Virus record (IMG/VR): IMGVR_UViG_3300012936_000007
Strand: one strand, 5' to 3'
Origin: an uncultured virus (IMG/VR IMGVR_UViG_3300012936_000007)
Taxonomy: Duplodnaviria; Heunggongvirae; Uroviricota; Caudoviricetes
Length of the DNA: 20,000 bases
Positions 16,753 through 20,000 of this stretch are shown here, piece after piece. A program made the translations under genes and the position numbers. The notes under the pieces are model-generated. The model worked only from the letters and a program-made list of their open reading frames with translations, had not been told where the DNA came from and did no database searches. Each line of letters starts with the position of its first letter. Position 1 is the first letter of the stretch.

Positions 16753-16842
16753 TTGAAAAACCAAAATAAACTTCGAGACCACTTGGAGATAGCCACATTA
16801 ATGACTATCTTCATGGTCTCCATTATCTCGATAACAGGATGA
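16753..16842 (+). CDS. Small membrane peptide B, 29 aa; absent from ORF track
   Basis: TTG start 1 nt after the A stop; MKNQNKLRDHLEIATLMTIFMVSIISITG; stop overlaps the next ATG (ATGA). Confidence 0.65.
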   Translation: MKNQNKLRDHLEIATLMTIFMVSIISITG

Positions 16843-17102
16843 AAACGGACGCTTGGAAAAGACCGTTGCCTTCTGCAGTGGACGATTGTGCAAACGTCAC
16901 TTGTGGGTACGAACAACAATTAGAATTTGTATTCAAACCAAGTGATGCGACACCCGAACAGGTGGAAGACTGGTACGAAACCGAACTAAAATGGTGGGGT
17001 GACCGTCAACTTAATATTGTCGCAATCGCAACTGTTGTCCAAATATCTGCACTCGGATTTATGGCACTAATTATGACTCTCAACCAGTGGTTATTCTCAT
17101 GA
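16839..17102 (+). CDS. Small membrane protein C, 87 aa
   Basis: C-terminal hydrophobic helix LNIVAIATVVQISALGFMALIMTL; ATGA overlaps at both ends. Confidence 0.75.
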   Translation: MKTDAWKRPLPSAVDDCANVTCGYEQQLEFVFKPSDATPEQVEDWYETELKWWGDRQLNIVAIATVVQISALGFMALIMTLNQWLFS

Positions 17103-17239
17103 AATACGGACACTATATAATAGGTACAACATTAATATTGTGTATGGGAATGATGTTATGGGGTGTTATAGATAAACTTGGGAGAGGTCGAGATATAGAA
17201 CAACCGATTGTAATCTCAGGTGCGTATATCCCTTATTAG
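17099..17239 (+). CDS. Small membrane protein D, 46 aa; absent from ORF track
   Basis: MKYGHYIIGTTLILCMGMMLWGVIDKLGRGRDIEQPIVISGAYIPY; N-terminal hydrophobic helix; ATGA overlap with C. Confidence 0.72.
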   Translation: MKYGHYIIGTTLILCMGMMLWGVIDKLGRGRDIEQPIVISGAYIPY

Positions 17240-17264
17240 CTAATATCCCCCTTGGGACATATTC

Positions 17265-17292
17265 ATTTTATCATGGATTTTGCCCTTGTCTA
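17265..17292 (-). promoter_or_regulatory. Predicted sigma70-type promoter pointing antisense into the small-ORF cluster
   Basis: On -: TAGACA, 16-nt spacer ending in TGa, then TAAAAT. An A/T tract at 17297-17333 is shared with the divergent gp55 promoter. Confidence 0.5.
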
Positions 17293-17336
17293 GTGGTTTT
17301 TTGAAAAAAATAAAAAAATATTTTATTGAAAAACCC

Positions 17337-17366
17337 CTTACAGAATACACCTTTTCAACGTATAAT
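17337..17366 (+). promoter_or_regulatory. Sigma70-type promoter for gp55
   Basis: CTTACA, 18 nt, TATAAT (17361-17366); upstream A/T tracts; ATG after 6 further nt. Confidence 0.75.
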
Positions 17367-17372
17367 AGAGTC

Positions 17373-17945
17373 ATGAAAACAAAAAAGAATCCTGAACATT
17401 ACGTTAATAATAAGGACTTTACAGCTGCTGTTGCCGAGTATGTAACACAAATTAAAGAGGCAGAATCAGCAGGGAAAACTCCACCTAGAATGTCAGAGTA
17501 CATAGGAGAGTGCGTATATAAAATTGCGACTCGATTATCTACAAGACCAAACTTCATCAACTACACTTATAGAGATGAAATGATATGTGATGCGATAGAA
17601 AACTGCATACAATATCTTGGAAACTTTAACATAGAAAAGTCCTCAAATGCATTTGCATACGTTACTCAGATATGTTACTACGCTTTCTTACGAAGGATAC
17701 AGAAAGAAAAGAAACAAGTGTATATCAAACAAAAGTCAATAATGGAATCAGATGTCTCTTTAGACTCATTCCAAACAATAGATGGTTCATACGACCCTGC
17801 ATTAACTAATACTAATATAGAGTGGTTAAAGGAGAATATGACTCATGTCAATTACGAACCTCGTAAAACCAAAAAGAAAACAACTACTAAAAAGAAAACT
17901 GGAACTTTAGAAGCTCAAATGACTTCTAAAAAAACGAAAGACTAA
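17373..17945 (+). CDS. gp55: Late-transcription sigma factor
   Basis: HYVNNKDF, YIGEC, RPNFINYTYRDEMICDAIENC and AFAYVTQICYYAFLRRIQKEKKQ motifs. Start reassigned from 17280 to the ATG at 17373. Confidence 0.96.
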   Translation: MKTKKNPEHYVNNKDFTAAVAEYVTQIKEAESAGKTPPRMSEYIGECVYKIATRLSTRPNFINYTYRDEMICDAIENCIQYLGNFNIEKSSNAFAYVTQICYYAFLRRIQKEKKQVYIKQKSIMESDVSLDSFQTIDGSYDPALTNTNIEWLKENMTHVNYEPRKTKKKTTTKKKTGTLEAQMTSKKTKD

Positions 17946-17947
17946 AA

Positions 17948-19015
17948 TTGAAGATTGCAATATTAAACGACACGCATTGTGGAGTTCGTGCAGATATGGT
18001 GGAAATGTCCAATTACGCAGGACGTTTTTATAATGAAATATTTTTTCCGTATCTAGACGAACATAACATAAAACAAATTGTTCACTTAGGTGATTACTTT
18101 GATAGAAGGAAGTTTATCAACTTTGCTTCATTGAAGGCAAATAAACAACATTTCATAGACCCTATGATTGAACGTGGTATTCATATGGACTTGATTCTAG
18201 GTAATCATGATACTTATTATAAGAATACAAATGACGTGAACTCCCCTGAACTTCTTCTATTTGGTGACAACAATATAAATGTTATTGGAGAACCAGTTAC
18301 TAAAAACTATGACGGTTGTGATATTACACTTATTCCTTGGATTAATCCTGAAAATTACGCAGATTCAGTTGATTTTATTTTGAATTCTAAGGCAACACAA
18401 TGTTGGGGACATTTTGAAATCGAAGGTGCATTAATGCAACCAGGCTTTAATTGTCCACATGGATTAGATTACACATATCTAAAAAGATTTGAACAGGTTT
18501 TAAGTGGACACTTTCACCACAAATCTGAACTAGGAAATATAAGATACCTAGGAAGTCAAATGGAATTTACTTGGGGAGATTATGGTGACCAAAAATATTT
18601 CCATATCTTTGATACAGATACTAGAGAAATACTTCCAGTGCATAATCCTCTTACTATGTTCCATAAAGCATTCTATGACGATACAGATTCTTCTTTTGAA
18701 GAAATACAGAATGCAGACTATTCAGAAATTGCAGGTAAGTTTGTAAAAGTTATTGTTATTAATAAAGACAATCCATACTGGTTCGATAGTTACCTTGATA
18801 AAATACACGCAGAAAATCCTTTACACTTACAAGTAGTAGACGATAATAAACATATGGACTTCTTTGACGATGACGATATAGAAGACATTGAAGACACATT
18901 AACCATTCTATCCAAGTACGTTGATGGACTAGAAATACAAGGGAAAAAGAAACCCCTAGACGAACTAATGACTTCGTTGTATCATGAAGCATTAGATGAA
19001 CATTCCTTTTTATGA
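17948..19015 (+). CDS. gp47: Recombination endonuclease subunit (Mre11/SbcD-like)
   Basis: DTHCG, LGDYFDRRK, GNHD, GHFE and SGHFHH metallophosphoesterase motifs; TTG start. Confidence 0.96.
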   Translation: MKIAILNDTHCGVRADMVEMSNYAGRFYNEIFFPYLDEHNIKQIVHLGDYFDRRKFINFASLKANKQHFIDPMIERGIHMDLILGNHDTYYKNTNDVNSPELLLFGDNNINVIGEPVTKNYDGCDITLIPWINPENYADSVDFILNSKATQCWGHFEIEGALMQPGFNCPHGLDYTYLKRFEQVLSGHFHHKSELGNIRYLGSQMEFTWGDYGDQKYFHIFDTDTREILPVHNPLTMFHKAFYDDTDSSFEEIQNADYSEIAGKFVKVIVINKDNPYWFDSYLDKIHAENPLHLQVVDDNKHMDFFDDDDIEDIEDTLTILSKYVDGLEIQGKKKPLDELMTSLYHEALDEHSFL

Positions 19016-20000
19016 TAAATTTTGAGAAGATACGTTGGAAAAACTTACTTTCATCGGGAAATAATTTTACCGAGATAGAACTGAACTCGCACCAAACAAC
19101 ACTTATACTGGGTGAGAATGGTGCAGGTAAATCTACATTATTAGATGCATTGTGTTTTGCATTGTATGGACGTGGATTTAGAAACCTAAAAAAAGATTTA
19201 CTTATCAATAGTGTAAATGAAAAAGCACTACTGGTCGAAGTAGAGTTTTCCGTTGGAAAGAAAAAGTATAAAGTTATCCGTGGTGCGAAACCAAACATAT
19301 TTGAAATCTATCTGAATGGTGATATGATTAATCAAAATGCAACAGTAAAAGATTACCAAGAAAATTTAGAAAAACATATTTTAAAAATGAACTATCGTTC
19401 GTTTACTCAGGTTGCGATTCTAGGAAGTGCAAACTTTACTCCGTTCATGCAGTTGAAAGCCGTAGAGAGAAGAAAACTGGTTGAGGATTTATTAGATATT
19501 AGTATATTTTCTACCATGCAGGATATACTAAGACAGAGAGTATCGACACATCAAGAACAAGTCCGTGACAATCAACATGAAATAAATATCATGGAAGAGA
19601 GAATTGCAGGTCTATCTAATCAGATGGTTGCACTCCAAGAGAATCGTGAACAGAAAATTAAAAAGTTCGAGTCGTCTATAGAAGAGGCACAAACAAACAT
19701 TGACGACCTGTTAGGTAAAGTTGACGAGAAAACCGAAGACATAGAAGAAAGACGTTCAACTATAAGTGACCAAGATACGATTGAGAATCGTTTTAAGGAA
19801 GCAACAGATTTATACAAACAATTATTAAACCGTAAAAAACAAGTTCTAGAAGAAATAGAATTCTACGAAAACCACGATAATTGTCCAACGTGTAAACAAG
19901 GAATAGATGAAGAACATAAAAAAATTCATGTCGCAGAGAAGGAGACGAAGAAGAATGAACTTCTATCGGGACTCGACCAACTTCAAACCACAATCGAAAA
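19012..20000 (+). CDS. gp46: Recombination endonuclease ATPase subunit (Rad50/SbcC-like), 5' part; absent from ORF track
   Basis: ATGA overlap with gp47; MINFEKIRWKNLLSSGN, Walker A GENGAGKS (19111-19134), FTQVAILG, zinc hook CPTC (~19882-19893); runs off the window. Confidence 0.96.
   Translation, partial: MINFEKIRWKNLLSSGNNFTEIELNSHQTTLILGENGAGKSTLLDALCFALYGRGFRNLKKDLLINSVNEKALLVEVEFSVGKKKYKVIRGAKPNIFEIYLNGDMINQNATVKDYQENLEKHILKMNYRSFTQVAILGSANFTPFMQLKAVERRKLVEDLLDISIFSTMQDILRQRVSTHQEQVRDNQHEINIMEERIAGLSNQMVALQENREQKIKKFESSIEEAQTNIDDLLGKVDEKTEDIEERRSTISDQDTIENRFKEATDLYKQLLNRKKQVLEEIEFYENHDNCPTCKQGIDEEHKKIHVAEKETKKNELLSGLDQLQTTIE

Noticed and set aside
17099..17239. ORF D as an o-spanin lipoprotein
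   Set aside because: LILC is not a canonical lipobox and the hydrophobic run continues past the Cys; no endolysin or i-spanin is recognisable nearby.
17280..17372. 31-aa N-terminal extension of gp55 in the ORF track
   Set aside because: Translates A/T-tract promoter DNA; gp55 similarity begins after the ATG at 17373.
18759..19298. 179-aa minus-strand ORF, and the other short ORFs nested in or antisense to core genes
   Set aside because: Shadow frames of well-supported gp46/gp47 and structural genes; no RBS or recognisable motifs.
1..20000. CRISPR array, tandem DNA repeats or stop-codon reassignment
   Set aside because: No repeat-spacer periodicity seen; TAA, TAG and TGA all terminate genes and core genes are intact in the standard code.

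Overview
Core region of an AT-rich T4-like myovirus with a marine cyanophage/pelagiphage-type gene order; the host cannot be identified from this window. The plus strand carries gp14 (3' part), an inserted acyl carrier protein, gp15, gp16, gp17, gp18, gp19, gp20, two small prohead-core-position ORFs, gp21, gp22 and gp23. After the capsid terminator come two small hypotheticals, gp3, uvsY, a 2OG-Fe(II) oxygenase, uvsW, a hypothetical, four small membrane-protein ORFs (three missed by the ORF track), gp55, gp47 and the start of gp46. The most unusual element is a self-contained minus-strand unit behind gp23. It has a consensus sigma70 promoter, a leaderless PseT-like HAD phosphatase, then a ~140-nt GC-rich structured RNA candidate (four-way junction with a 5-bp kissing loop, plus a long second hairpin), and a bidirectional terminator. 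Also notable: a late micro-membrane-protein operon opposed by a predicted antisense early promoter, repeated leaderless promoter geometry, and apparent GATC/GGWCC avoidance. All calls were made by eye; no searches or folding programs were run.
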